Source: Octopus sinensis (Eukaryota). Taken from it: a stretch of DNA of 64,000 bases. The first letter of the stretch is position 1, and each line of letters begins with the position of its first letter. Shown here in pieces: positions 24,806 to 38,700 of this stretch. The notes below the pieces were generated by a model. That model saw only the letters and a list, made by a program, of their open reading frames with translations, made no database searches and had not been told where the DNA came from. A program made the translations under genes and the position numbers. The stretch lies in the NCBI RefSeq assembly GCF_006345805.1, contig NC_043012.1, positions 57,970,001 through 58,034,000 of the forward strand, given 5' to 3'.

Positions 24806-25199
24806 TATATATATACACACACACACACACATAATGCACGTAATCAACGTTATCGGAACCTGGGCAGCACAGAGATTTCCATTGTGTTTTATAAAAATAA
24901 GGACAATGAATTTTATTGAACTGGTCATATAATCGATGATCCGCATGTCATAAGCCCTATTCACGTTATAGTCTTTGCACACATGTTGCAGGTTTTACAT
25001 TTTCATTAAAAATATGGTTAAAGCGAGTTCGTCTTATTATTTTGTTGCTGTTGTTGTTGTTGTTTTTTTTTTCTTCTTTAAGGTTGAAAATAAAGAATTT
25101 GCAAAAGTCAGCGTGAGAGAAATGGAAATAAAGTATGATAAGAAGATGAGGCTTAATCCACGGCGAGATATATTTGATACATACGCACACATACACACA

Positions 25200-25233
<34 letters not shown>

Positions 25234-26128
25234 CAAGTAAATGTGTATACGTGTATACATATGCATATGTGTATATATATGTGTGTGTGTGTGTGTTTAT
25301 ATATATGGCTGTCATTCATTTTAAAGGTCATCTTTTCAGCGTGCAAATGTCATTGTGAGTGTTTTTTGAGTCTCATAAGAAACAGTGATAATGATGCCAT
25401 CAATGGGAATGCTTGCGATTTGTAATTTCGTGAATGATGTGAACCTTATCAAACAATTACTTTTAAAAATCGAAGATTGTGCACTTTATACAAATGAATC
25501 CTATGATCTAATCTATAACAAATAAAATGTTCGAACCCACGAGATGAGAACACAATGAAAAAAAAAAAAACCCTATTTTGTTAGTTTGTTTGTTGTTGTT
25601 ATTGTTGCTGTTTTTTATTTATTTTTTTTTGTTTGCTTGATAATATGGAGGTCTTTCCATGGACGCCAGCAACTGCCTCACAATTGTGCCTCATTTTTCT
25701 GTTTCGTTATTTTGAAGAAGTCAATTATTACGTTTATTTGATTTGCTCTTTCAGATGACGAATTACAAGCTTTTCAGAGCAACATGGCTTTGAATCCACG
25801 CGCACGCACAAACACGAATAAACATACACACACACACATACACACACAAAGGTATCCATACACATAATGCGCAGATACCAGCGCACGTGTGTGCACATGT
25901 ACTCACGCGAGCCCAATAATTCAATAGTATTGGAAATCAAGCTTCAGAATCGAGTTTTGATTCTTAAGGTAAACCGTAGAAGCGTTTAGGACTTATTTTT
26001 CTTTGTAGAAATGAGTTTTAATGGATAAATTCACAAATGAACGATAGATATCCAATATAGAAAAGAAAAAAGCTTTCTTTTCTTTCAGAACAACAATGAC
26101 CTATGGGATTAAAAAAACATTCTATGTC

Positions 26129-26228
<100 letters not shown>

Positions 26229-26789
26229 CGATAGGCATTTGTATGTGTGTGTGTGTATATTTAAATACTTATATACGAGCTATAGAAAAGAGCACTCAGC
26301 GCATGTCATGCAGGTTAAATATTTGCATTATCAGCATTATTTCGATCTGTATTACTTACAGTTTCAGATACGATAAACGTATATCTGGAAAACTATAAGT
26401 AATGCACAGCTAAGCAGAATTATCTATGTTTACGCATGTGTGTTGCATTTCTATACTGTATCTCGCTGTTATTTATTCCTTACCCTCAGCGTTTTTATTT
26501 TCTCAAATCTGTTGATGATTTCTTTTCCTTTTTTTTTCTCCTTACAGCAACATTTGCTCCTATTCATTAACAAATATTACCTCTCTCTCTATTCCTCCCT
26601 TACCGCCAACTCTTTCTATCGCTTACTTCTCCCATGTAATTCTCCAAAATCGGTTGATATTTCTTCTCGCTCTGCAGGATGTTCAAAAAGAGAATTTCTT
26701 TTTCTTCCTCTAAACACATATTTCACATAACAACCACCCCCACCCCATATCCCAACTGCTGTCCTTTCTGTTCATCGAGAAAAGATCCT

Positions 26790-27225
26790 TCAGACCCCGT
26801 TAATTATTGACACGCTAACAATCTAAAAGCACAAATGAGACCCACAAAGGGATGTTGCTCTCACATACGTGGCAGTACCGCTGCTAAGCACATAGACCGC
26901 ATCCAGAAAAGGACCACTTACCTGATTTGTATAAACTCATTCACAGACACGATTCACCTTTTGGCTACGGGTGCGCTGACTTCTCTCATTCTGCCCTTGC
27001 TATCACTCCTACACTGGTGTCTGCACCTCGTAGCTGCCTGGGGTTTTGCCGGCACCACTCTACTTCTCTTGACCAATTCGTTTCCTCCCGTTCAACGCAC
27101 TTGTGATGTGAACCTGCCCCACCCCGTTAAACACTACGCCTAGTCCTTCCTTCCAAGGACTTCGGCCCCCTATGAAATTCCTCCCGCTCATGTCATAGAC
27201 TTGTAAATGTTGAAGATTAAAGTTG
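26790..27225 (+). mobile_element. CR1-type LINE 3' (RT C-terminal) remnant
   Basis: Broken translation KAQMRPT..CSHIRGSTAAKHIDRIQKR...HYA.SFLPRTS resembles the CR1/jockey-group C-terminus (YCSHIW, LDRIQKRA, SFxPRTSxxWNSLP). Confidence 0.65.
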
Positions 27226-27476
27226 AAGACAACAAACCATTCGGTCCAGCAAGGGCATGCTACTTACGCCAGGTCTGGCAAGTAACACAAAGAAAGAAAA
27301 AATAATTGGAAAAAAGCCCCAATGATATCACACTGCTCAAATACTGTTCGTTTTACTATTCTCCAATAGATAACGTTACTAGCTTTCTTACATACTAATG
27401 TAAAACTGTCGAGCAAATGCATCTTTTCTTAAAGATATGAAGTATATCTGCTCTTGGCTACAATAAAAAAACTGTA

Positions 27477-27748
27477 GGCGCAGGAGTGGTTGTGAGGTAA
27501 GTCGCTTGCTTACCAACCACATGGTTCAGGGTTCAGTCCCACTGCGTGGCCCCTTGGGCAAGTGTTTTCTACTATAGCCTCGGGTCGACCAAAGCCTTGT
27601 GGGTCCCCTCCCCAACATCACTTGACAACCGGTGTGGTTACGTCCCCCTTAACTTAGCGGTTCGGCAAAAGCGACCGATAGAATAAGTACTAGGCTTACA
27701 AAGAATAAGTCCTGGGATCGATTTGCTCGACTGAAACAAGTAAAAGAG
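27477..27748 (+). mobile_element. SINE C (internally deleted)
   Basis: Head and tail are present. The microsatellite core is missing. Confidence 0.8.
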
Positions 27749-30700
27749 AGTAGCAAAAGTAACTACACATGTTTATTGATTTGAACAACTTAATACAATG
27801 ATTTAACGAGACAGTTATCAGTTCTATATAGCTGTTGTTGCTTAGTTGCTTAGCGATGGAACATGCCCAAGCCCCTCAATGTACGTACTTGCAGTTATGA
27901 AATTTAGACAATAGGCACACTGTGAAGGTGCGTAGACTTGTGGTTAGCAAGTTGCATTCAAGATCGTAAGATCGTGATTTCGATTCCCGGAAGGATCAGT
28001 GCGTTGTGTCGATAATCAAAATAATCGTTATACGTTGCAGTAATTCAGTCAGGCGTAAATAAGTGCCAGCAATAACTAGGAAGATTAGCCCGTGACGGAC
28101 CGAGTGAGTGGAAAAACGTCAACGTTAGTCACTTATGCACCATGAAAACCTCGTTAAGCTTCGGCCTTATGAACCCTAAGAGCTTATTGAAAATGGGCAC
28201 ATTATAAATATACAACACATTAGCACACCTCATGGATGTAATACGTGAGTACATTACACCAGAATAGAATATATACACAAAACAGGTAAACATATAATCA
28301 ACAAAACACGGCACATATTTCTGCCGGATATTGTGTAAGCTATCTTATGTGTCCTACAGTTAGTCATCAGATCAGTAATAAGTATTAAAGAAAAAATAAA
28401 ACAGACACAAAAGTACATTATTCGCCGTGTTTGACTCTGAATCGGATCACAACAGGAATGCATTTAACTCTATAATAGAAATGTAATTAAGATTGTTAAA
28501 GCCAACGAGGGAGCCTCTGCGTAAGTTGATATTATCATTCAGAATAGAAAACGATGGAATAAAATTATAACAAATGCTTTGGATTGTATCAATGAACAGT
28601 TGTTAAGCTTATTCGGTTGATGAAATAGTTCTTTATAACTTTAGGCTAATTTGAACTATTGTAAACCGAGGTAATGCTACAATACCGCCACAGGGGGGAA
28701 AATGAAATGGCGAGATTTAGATTATTAATGAACAGCCTTGAAGTAGTTTCGTTTTCAATACTCAGCCCTTTGAGAATTTGTTTTCTATATCTAGCATTTT
28801 GATGGGGTTTGTTGCAAATAAAAGAACTGTTTCTTCTCCAGAATCCTAGCGACCCATTGGGAAATTCGTTCCTGTCTTTTGTCTGTCATTTTAAACATCC
28901 AGAGACCGACATATTTTGTTAGTGCATTATGCTTTTGCAAAACGGAATTAAATTGTATTGTTAAGAGAACTTATTGATATTATTGTTTTATTCGTCGAAA
29001 TGAACTTCGTATAAATCGAATTATATTATTGGACATTTCTTGCTCTTTTCGTACTATTTCTATGGCATGATGAACCATTGAAAAGGAGAAATCACCTACT
29101 ATTCTCTCCTGATTAAGATGTGAGTAATAACAAAATTGTTAAACTGTATATTGTGCTTTGTTAGACATTTATGAGTCGCTCCGAACGATTATGCCAATGG
29201 AAGTTTTAGCATTGAATATAATACCACAGTGACTTGGTCGTTAAATCACCAGTAGCTCTAGCCGAAGCGAACGATTGTTAGAGGTGCTGAACTATTTCCG
29301 ATATTGCAAGGAAATTGTCGCTGAGGGTATGCTGTTAATCAATATATTGACCGTCATGTAAACTACTTTCGATAATATATGTCAGCTCTAGATCAATGAA
29401 AACTAATCATGGAAGTGAAACACGTTCTAATAGCATTATAATGATTACTTAATCAAAATAGCTTAGGACTAAATATAGTTAATAACGAATTCATTACCAT
29501 GACGACTTCTATTGCATTTAGCCTGTCAATTCAGGAAAAAGAAAAAGAAGAAATTGTCAAGCGGAGAAATTGTTAATTACATCAATATTCTAATCAATGT
29601 TTGGTATGCATTACGTTGAAAACCACCTCATTCGGCTCACTTTTTGTGTGCTGCGAAATTTAGTGTGGTGACTTCAAGTCTTTGTTGCAATTGAAAGGCG
29701 GTTTAAAATACATGTAGTTAATTTACTTTTCCACAATTTTTATTAGGCTTTCACGTGAATTCATTCAGTCATAGTGAGGCCACGTTTGGTATCATATGCG
29801 ATCAACAAAATTGGTTGCACCAGGACAAATAAAACGAGCGCCTCTATTATTCTTCTCTATGGTGGCGAGAGCATTTCAATTCAATAACACAAGCTAAAGA
29901 AACTCTCTTCAATTACACAGTGCTTCTGCCTCTTATTTTTAATATTGAGCTGCAAGCTATTCACGGATCCTATTTATAGTATTTTTATAAAATGTCATGA
30001 ACCTGTTTATAGTACAGCGTTGACTAGACAGTCATGAAGCGTCGGTCTTTCTTTTTCATGCACATATTCTCTATCGATGCATCATCATTACTTATTTTAG
30101 ATTGATCATCCGTCGTAAACGACGATGAGCATTCTCATTCCTCGATTTACCGATCATTATTATTCATTGAAAATTAACACGTGATGGCTGAGAATTCCAC
30201 AGACACGGATACCCTTCACGTAATTCTTCGTAATTCTGTATGACAAAGTTGGTCAGTTGAATTTCAGGTAAAACTGATATGACGGGATTCAGCACAACCT
30301 CCGTCACTTCGATTTCATTCACAAATTCAAAGAGGTCGCCTCGAGTGTTATGAGACGTTTCGGCATAGTCTTTAGGGCGCCGCCTGCTTGGCATCACTGA
30401 TTTCACGCATATTTGACATCAGACAATTTAATGTTTCTCTCGTTCTCTTCCTTCTTGCCTCCCCCTCTCTCTGTGCTTGTGCGTGTGAGTATCTACTTAT
30501 TTTAGTATATGCTTGCAGTCCCACCTCTTTCTCTCTAATGTGTACGCTCCTGTGCCTGCTTATGTGTCTGTTTTTATATCCACCTCCAGTGCCAAAGCAT
30601 TCCTTCGTTAAAGCGGTTTCATTGTCCATTCAGCCGTGCCACATCGTCAGTGTCATATCAGCCGTGTCCAGTTTTTGTATTCCGAACTCCTAGGCTATGG

Positions 30701-31689
30701 GAAAGAAACTTGTCCAAGATATTATGTAACGAGATCGAACACGGAACTGTAATTTTGCCAATCGAACTACTTAACTGCTTCGTCATATATTCGTCTCCAC
30801 ATAGGTTCTAATTAACTTTACAAATGAATGAATGTCTAAAACACCCCAAATCTTTCCCTCACACCACTTCTCTTCCTTCTTCATATTTTGTTGCTAGCTT
30901 TGAATAGTTTCAAGTAGTTAAACTGACGTTTGATAATTAGCTCTTTGTGTGAGACCGGATTCTAATAACATAACACTCCGATCATTAAAACTGATATTCT
31001 GGCAAAGGAATTTGTAATAAAGACATACATTAACGATGCCAATGAAGTGAAATAGAAATAAAAAGATTCTGGAATCAAATTGACGTTAGCTCTTGTCTTA
31101 ATCTATGCTACTTTCCAAAATATTAAGAAGCGCTTTCCAAAACAGAAGAGAGCAGCGTTACAACGTGTCCTTAACCTGAACCACGTCCTGAGCATAATTC
31201 AAATTCTTCACGGTTTCTGTAAGCAACAAAAGTATTTTAACTTCATTTAGAGAAAATATATGAAGTGTGAAGTCGCATGGGCTGGTGGTGAGACTGTTTT
31301 ACTTACGATCGCTAAATGGCAGGTTCGCTTCCCAGACCGGGCAGTGCGCGCGTTGTCCTTGAGCAAAATACTCCATTTAACATTGCTCCAGTCCCACTTT
31401 CGATTTGGTGGGGAATGTTGTCCTGCTGATCACCTAGTCAGCAGAATGGCGTGTGTTGTTATCTACACAACAGTGGACATTGGTTAGACGTGACGGTAAG
31501 TTGATCGTGGATTGGCCAAGAGATGCGAGCACAAAATCAAATAATAGGATAAATTATTGCTGATAGATAATTAGATGAGTGCTCTGACTGTCCACGCTGC
31601 GATAATGTGTAACAAAGCAACCCAATTCATACGATAAGTAACGGAGAGACAAAAGGGAAGAGAGGCATGCAAGAGATCAAACAGTGGCT

Positions 31690-31960
31690 GAAATTAGATG
31701 TAAAGAGTTGAAGATTACAAAAGACTAAGTTTTTCTTGTGTATAGCATCGATGTAAGGAACGTGTGAGAGCCAAAAAAGAGTCGTGAACACTGAAGTGAC
31801 TGCGGATATTAAGATCGGAAAGGTGTCTGTCCTCACTACAGGAAGAGATATAACGAAAAATTTTGTCGGTAGTTTTAGGAATTCGATGATCGGTAAACGA
31901 ATTGGTGGAAGAATTGGTGAAGGAGATTTTGAACCAGAGTAGCAGGAAAACCTTTATTTC
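31690..31960 (-). mobile_element. possible LINE apurinic-endonuclease domain remnant
   Basis: LWFKISF...LNIRSHFSVHDSFL loosely resembles LWLKI...GDFNVHH. Heavily decayed. Confidence 0.3.
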
Positions 31961-32189
31961 CCGATAACCTAGTAAGAGAGAAAGAAAAAGTTGAATGGTT
32001 GGGAGGGGAGGAATTCGATAAAGCGCGAACATCATATATTGGAACGAGATTTGTGTAAATTGTATAGCTCAGATAACAGAAACCAACAGAAATGAAAAGT
32101 TAATTCATTTTGAATATCAGTGTAGGTTAATGAGACTACGTAGTTTAAATGGTAGTAATAAATTATTAGGGGAGATATTCATTAATTTT

Positions 32190-32900
32190 AAAGAAGCACA
32201 AAGCTTTGATCTCCTTCAAAGTAGCAAACTTCAATGCACTTGTAGAGCTACAGCCACTTATTGAACGCCTAATGAAACTCCTACAAAGTGAAGGCGTTCA
32301 GGATCCTTGGCATAACCTCCTTTATATTCTTCAGCTTGGAGAACAGCCAACAGTCAGAGGGAGGAACGTCTGGGATGTAGGGAAGACGAGGGACCGTTTT
32401 GATGCCCGTCTTTGTAAAATAGTTGGTTATCCCGAGTGGAATTGTGGAATGGTACATTGTCTTGGTGCAGATGTCCTGGAATTTTACGACAAATTCTCTT
32501 ATCGAATTCCCTCAAAACTCTTACAAATTACTCTTTAGTCCATGTTTAATCTGAGTGAACCCAATGGATGTAGATAACGCCCTTGCTGTTAAAACAAGAT
32601 CATCATGAGGTACCCGGTCGAATTGCTTTGCTTGGCATCTTGAGCCGGTGAAAAACACATGCTCGGCTCATACACGTTAAATTTTAATCATTCTGGAGAA
32701 TTTTTATAAGTTTCTTATGAAATACCAAGTTTAACACAAAACTGCAATGCCAGGTGAGCTTACAAATTGTCTTCGCATCCTGATTGCTTTCTGCAAGTTA
32801 GTCAGTTGTGACAAAAAGTGTCAAGGTGGGTACGTTCAAATTGCCGTTTCATCTGTTTCATTCAATCTGGAACAACAAAAGCTTAAAGATCAGCTTATTA
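32190..32900 (-). mobile_element. mariner remnant (internally deleted)
   Basis: Minus strand gives PPSDCWLFSKLK and KCIEV..YFEGD, typical of the mariner C-terminus. Confidence 0.65.
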
Positions 32901-33259
32901 GAGGTATAACAAAAATATACTAAACTTATAACAATCTAGGACAGCCATAACTACCTCTGCCCCCATCAAAAAAAGCCACAAACTTCTTGAATGCACATCG
33001 TATATTTGGTGTCGATTCAACTGTTAATTTAGTTTTATGTACCGAGGTAAATAAAGAGTGTTTGTGAGCAATGTGGTCATTGTAACCTCTCGCTAGGAGC
33101 ACGCTCCGAATGGTTTACTTAAGGAGAATTCCCACTCTTGGCTTGTATGGGCAGAAGATGGTGTTAAACACGATGCCATGATGTCCTACCGGCACCAAAT
33201 TTAATAATTAACGAGGGGGACATCTGCGTCACATACGACAGAACACCATTATATATACA

Positions 33260-33506
33260 TATTTGTGTGTGTGTATGTGTGTGTGTGTGCATGCACCCGC
33301 TCGTGTGTTTGTGTGTGTGTTTACATAATTAATGGTTTGTATGTATGTATTTGTATATACAGACATACGCATGTGTGTGTGAATATATATATATATATGT
33401 ATACATATATATATATACTTGCACACACATATATACATATATATATCGATATAAATATATTTCTCTCTCTTTTTTAATCTATCTACCTATCTATCTCTGT
33501 ATATAT

Positions 33507-33540
<34 letters not shown>

Positions 33541-33615
33541 ATATATATATATATATATGTGTGTGTGTATATATATGTATGTATATATATATATGTATAT
33601 ACATATATGTATATA

Positions 33616-33656
<41 letters not shown>

Positions 33657-33780
33657 GTGTGTATATATATGCATATATATATGTATGCATATATATATAT
33701 ATATACACATACATGCACTTATACATACATACATACATATATACATACAAAGACACACACACGTATATATATATATATTC
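33260..33780. repeat. TA/TG microsatellite field
   Basis: Direct inspection. Confidence 0.95.
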
Positions 33781-34398
33781 CGACGTAGCTTATTTTATCG
33801 TTCCCCGGGTTTTGCAGATAACATATATTTACCATAACTTTAGTAATAAAAAGACCAAAGACGGTAATGAGAGAAAGTGTGTGTCCAGGAAAGACAGAGA
33901 AAGGGAGAGAGAGAGAGAAAGAGAGAGAGAGAAAGAGAGGAGAGAGAGAGAGGGGGGGGAAGAGAGTTTGATCAATATATATAGATAGGTGCATAATTGT
34001 TCGTTATGTGAGCTCTATGTTGTGTCCATGGACAGATAATGCACTTAAATCTTGCTAACTCCATTCGCATAGCTGTAACATAGATACTGTATGATGCTAT
34101 ATCTCATCGCTATAAACATCGGATGGAATATATAATTGATTGCCGTTTCGTTGTCTTACAGCTGGTTGTTTAAATCTACCAGTGTGCAGGGTTTGTAGAC
34201 ACATAAGTACTAGTGAAGAAAAAAATTTTAAATCGAGCAGAAGTTTATTTATAATAAAGTGTTTCATGAAATACTTAAAGGTTTTTTTTTTTTTATATAG
34301 ATATGTCTATCATTAATGAGCTACAAATAAAAACGGGATTTGAATTTTTTTTTAAATGAAGTATAAGAGAAATCGATTAGTTAATTGGATTTACTAAT

Positions 34399-34562
34399 AG
34401 GCGTAGGAGTGGCTGTGTGGTTAGTAGCTTGCTTACCAGCCATAGGGTTCCGGGTTCAGTCCCACTGCGTGGCACCTTGGCCAAGTGTCTTCTACTATAG
34501 TCTCGGGCCGACCAAAGCCTTGTGAGTGGATTTGCTAGACGGAAACTGAAACAAACCCGACG

Positions 34563-34597
<35 letters not shown>

Positions 34598-35137
34598 GTG
34601 TGTGTGGTGTGTGTGTGTGTGTGTGGTGTGTGTGTGTGTGTAAATAGATGGGTGTATTTTTACCTTGTTAACAATTAACACGGAAAAAATAGATAAATAG
34701 TCACCAGGGTAGCAAAAATCTCACAAGTAAAGATGTTGTAACTCCTTGTTTATAAAGGTAGAAACTTCGTGTTTACGTGGAATATTTTGAATAATATATG
34801 AATAAATAAATGGTGTTTAACGCAGGTGCAAATCAAATATTTTTACTTTTGACACATGTCTCGAAAATTCCACTGATACAATAAAAAAAATAAATATAAC
34901 GTTTTTTTAAACAATATTAATAGCGTTCTGTCAATCGCTATACAAATCCATCATTTTTTGCTAAAATGTCTTATTGACGAGTTTCGTTTTTTTCACTTTC
35001 CCGAAGAGAAGATTGCATTGTTTATACCATTTATTCTTTTGAATAGTATCAGTGGAATTTTCGAAACATGTGTCGAAAGTAAAAAATATTTGATTTACAC
35101 CTGCGTTAAACTCCATTTCTTTATTCATATAATATAT

Positions 35138-35190
<53 letters not shown>

Positions 35191-35405
35191 ATATGTTTGT
35201 GTGTCTGTGTTTTTCTCCCCCAACATCGTTTCACAACCGATGGTGGTGTGTTTACGTCCTCGTAACTGAGTGGTTCGGCAAAGAGACCGATAGAATAAAT
35301 ACTAGGCTTACAAAGAATAAGTCCTTGGGTCGATTTGCTCGACTAAAGGCGGTGCTCCAGCATGGCCACTGTCAAATGACTGAAACAAGTAAAAGAGTAA
35401 AAGAA
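34399..35405 (+). mobile_element. SINE C split by a ~520-bp insertion in its central microsatellite
   Basis: 5' half at 34399-34640 and 3' half at about 35165-35405. Confidence 0.75.
34795..35131. mobile_element. MITE-like fold-back element with ~86-bp terminal inverted repeats
   Basis: 34795-34879 versus the reverse complement of 35046-35131: about five substitutions and one indel. No coding capacity. TA-rich ends. Confidence 0.8.
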
Positions 35406-35414
35406 TAATAATTC

Positions 35415-35622
35415 TTTCTGCTGAAGGTACAAGGTTTGAAATTTCAGGGGAGGGGACTAGTTGGTTATATCGACTTCAGTGTTTCACTGGTACTTAATTT
35501 ATTGACTCCGAAAGGATGAAAGTCGTCCTCAGCGGAATTTGAACTCAGAACGTAAAGACGGACGAAATGCCGCTTAGGCATTTTGCCCGGCGTGCTAAAG
35601 ATTCTGCTTGATCGCTGCCTTT
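35415..35622 (-). mobile_element. SINE D monomer
   Basis: Tail, body and head, degenerate. Confidence 0.75.
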
Positions 35623-37396
35623 GACTGAAAAATAATAATAAAAGTGAAAAGGATCCAGTGCGTGTGTTTATTATGAGCATAATGACCTTCTCGAGTTTAC
35701 ATTAAGAATCTTGTAAACTAAATGCAAAAACGAAGGAGATATTTCATAGAATTCTAATTTGGTAAATATTTTATTAATCTTGTGTTTATGGATATTTTTA
35801 ACAATTTGGTTTTTTGTCGTATCAGCCGAACAACAAAAAGATGAACACGTTCGTTAGGCTGGCTTATATATTAGAATTTACCTATGAGTCGTATTGAATC
35901 CTGGGGATCGCATGAGTAGATAAATCAGTCCTTAAGTGGTGTCGGTCTGGAATCATTTTCATTTAGGAAGTTAATTTAATGCATACGAAGTACTCAGCTG
36001 CTAAATTAACGATTTTACAATTAACGATTTCTTAAAAAAAAAGGAAAAAAACAAAGCTTCATTTTTAGGGATTGTGGATATTTACTTGCTAAATATCCAA
36101 AGTTAGCAAGTAAATACTTGTTGTTCGTAAGGTGCTGTTACAACATGTTCAGCTGAATGTATTTACTTTCGTGGCAATATTCCATCTGGTGCGAGTAATC
36201 TATTCAATCCCAATTTAAATTTCTGATGCCGTTAGACTGTTGGGTGAACATATGTGCAAGATCTGTAATATTTGCTAAGGCCGATAAACGTTTTTTCCTT
36301 TTCTTCTCTGCCGCGTAGGTTTTTGGAGCATCAGCTCTATACAAGTCATTTTCGAAGTAATTTTTCTCAAGGAGACATTCGGAGTTGTACCTATAGTTAC
36401 ATCGATGTAGGAACGCTTGCACATTGCTTCTGGCTTCTCTACTGTGGTAGAGCAATTGGCATTCTATATTGCCTCGACAAGTATAGGTAAATTCCACAGA
36501 AATTCTGTGAGAAAAAAAAATTGGGGATTTTATAGTTACGAAGAAATGCATATCTTCGAGGATTAATCAGGGCGTGGCTATAATTCTAGCAACAGTCATG
36601 CAGAAGGGAGGATTTAACGGTCTGGTATCTTTGCCTTATTGTCCAGTAGTTCAAGTGCAGCTTGGTTCTAGATTGAAACCACTTCCTTTTAATACACTAT
36701 TATAACATGGAGCGGTCTAGCACATAGCTGGCAACATTAATTAGTAGAAGCGTTTCTGATGCATTTTCAGACGAGAGAATTTCACAAGATAAAAAAACTC
36801 AAGCTGCGTACAGCAGTGCGCAACCTGCGTTCTACCATATCATCGTGTTGGGAGTGCATATAATATATAACGAAATTTTAAGCGTTGCACATTGATGATT
36901 AATCGGTTGAGGAAGAAGTAATTCTAAACCGGACCTACACATCGATAAGCTCCCGCAGTTACTCGCTAGGCGGTATTTCTCTAAGTTTCCACCCTAACAA
37001 GCGATTCAAAACACATGAGATACGCATTCGTTTCCACATAAACTGCAAATATCTTTAAAATATTCTCATGAAGCGTAGTAAATAGAAAATCGCAGTTTTG
37101 GAATTCACTGCATTAACCGAATACATCGTAAGTCGCAGACAACTACCATCTAAAATTAACCATCACAGGTTAATGGTTAAGTGCTTGCCTGTACGCAGAC
37201 GTACTTCAAGTACAAAGAGTAGATACACGGCCTTCCAGCCATGCATTGTCCATCGGTTGACATAGCCATATTACTATTAAGACATGTTCCAAATTTAAAT
37301 GTTTGAAGTAGCTTTTACAATCCTATAAATCTGAGTCTATTTCACATAAAAATTGAGCCCGTAACGTGATATCGGCCTCTCTTGGCCTTGTATATA

Positions 37397-38274
37397 CAGG
37401 GCGCAGTGAAGATATTGTCGTCTAAATTACGCAAAAATGAAACACTGATATCTTATTTTAACAGATATATTTACCAAAATGACATTAAAATATCTTGAAA
37501 TACTAAACAATAAATTTATTCAATAAAATTTCCATTGGCTTCAACCAGGGCCTCCTGGTGACTTTGGAGTCTCCTACAACTCTTGTAAAGTTCACCTTGT
37601 TGGTGAATGCTGCCCTAATCCTTACCTTCAGTTCCTGTTTGGTGTTACAAGGGGTTTTGTAGGTCTCTTGTTCAACAGTGTCCCACACATAATAATCAAG
37701 GGGGTTGCAGTCTGGGGAGTTAGATAACAAGATGTTAGGTGCAATGTGGTCGCAGAAATTGTCTGACAGCCATGACTGGTTTTTTCCTGTATGTGTAGCA
37801 TGGTGCAGATTCCTGCCGCCAGAAATAGAGAGTTCCAGCAGCCCTTCTCTTGACCCAGGGTAGCACGACCTCCTCCAGGTTCTTGATGTAGACCTCCGTG
37901 TTGAGTCAGGCCGTATGGTAAATGAATGGAGGCATAACGGCATAACGGCATCATCACTAGTGATCCCTCCAAACGCCAACATGTTGACTGGATGTTTGAT
38001 TTTTATCACTCTCGGTACATGTTTTGGGGACACGGCAAGCCAACGTGTGTTCTGTGTGTTCACCATTAGTTCGTATTGGAGTTTTCAGCGTGAACGCCAA
38101 GCAGTACAGCATGTCGTTTCCAAATTCCTAGCAGAGTGAATTGCGTCATTGTTTTTTCCTCACAAACGGTACCCAACCGACCATACTACGGCGTGTAGTC
38201 GTAAAAATCAAAAAACAAACAATACGCATGCGCGGAATTAAAATATGAAAAGGCAGCAATTTACCCATCGCCCC

Positions 38275-38277
<3 letters not shown>
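37397..38277 (-). mobile_element. DD37D (maT-like) transposon, internally deleted
   Basis: ORF 37503-38066 includes WLSDNFCDHIAPNILLSNSPDCNPLDYYVW. Ends are ta-CAGGGCG and CGCCCCCTG-ta (imperfect TIRs, TA target site). Confidence 0.85.
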
Positions 38278-38303
<26 letters not shown>

Positions 38304-38306
<3 letters not shown>

Positions 38307-38448
38307 GTGCAGGAGTGGCTGTGTGGTAATTAGCTTGCTAACCAACCACATGGTTCCTGGTTCAGTCCTACAGCGTGGCACTTGGGTGAGTGTCTTCTCA
38401 AAGCCTTGTGAGTAGATTTGGTAGATGGAAACTGAAAGAAGCCTGTCG

Positions 38449-38503
<55 letters not shown>

Positions 38504-38700
38504 TTGTGTGTCCGTGTTTGTGCCCCACCATCGCTTGACAACCGATGCTGGTGTGTTTAGGTCCCCCGTAACCTAGCGGTTCGGCAAAATAAGCCCGATA
38601 GAATAAGTACTTACGAAGAATAAGTCCTGGGGTTGATTTGCTCGACTCATGGCGGTGCTCCAGTATGGCCGCAGTCAAATGACTGAAACAAGTAAAAGAA
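38304..38700 (+). mobile_element. SINE C
   Basis: Head, microsatellite core and tail. Shares private variants with 39855-40145. Confidence 0.85.

Noticed and set aside
28000-30100. Possible miRNA hairpins in the TE-poor 28-30 kb stretch
   Set aside because: Only short stems (about 12 bp) were found, and I saw no match to conserved miRNA sequences I could recall. The scan was by eye and not exhaustive.
30164-30693. Overlapping 80-101-aa ORFs and a gccGAAAcgtc motif on the minus strand
   Set aside because: Partly a decayed SINE B tail. No domain recognised, and no CUGANGA or stem I to complete a hammerhead.
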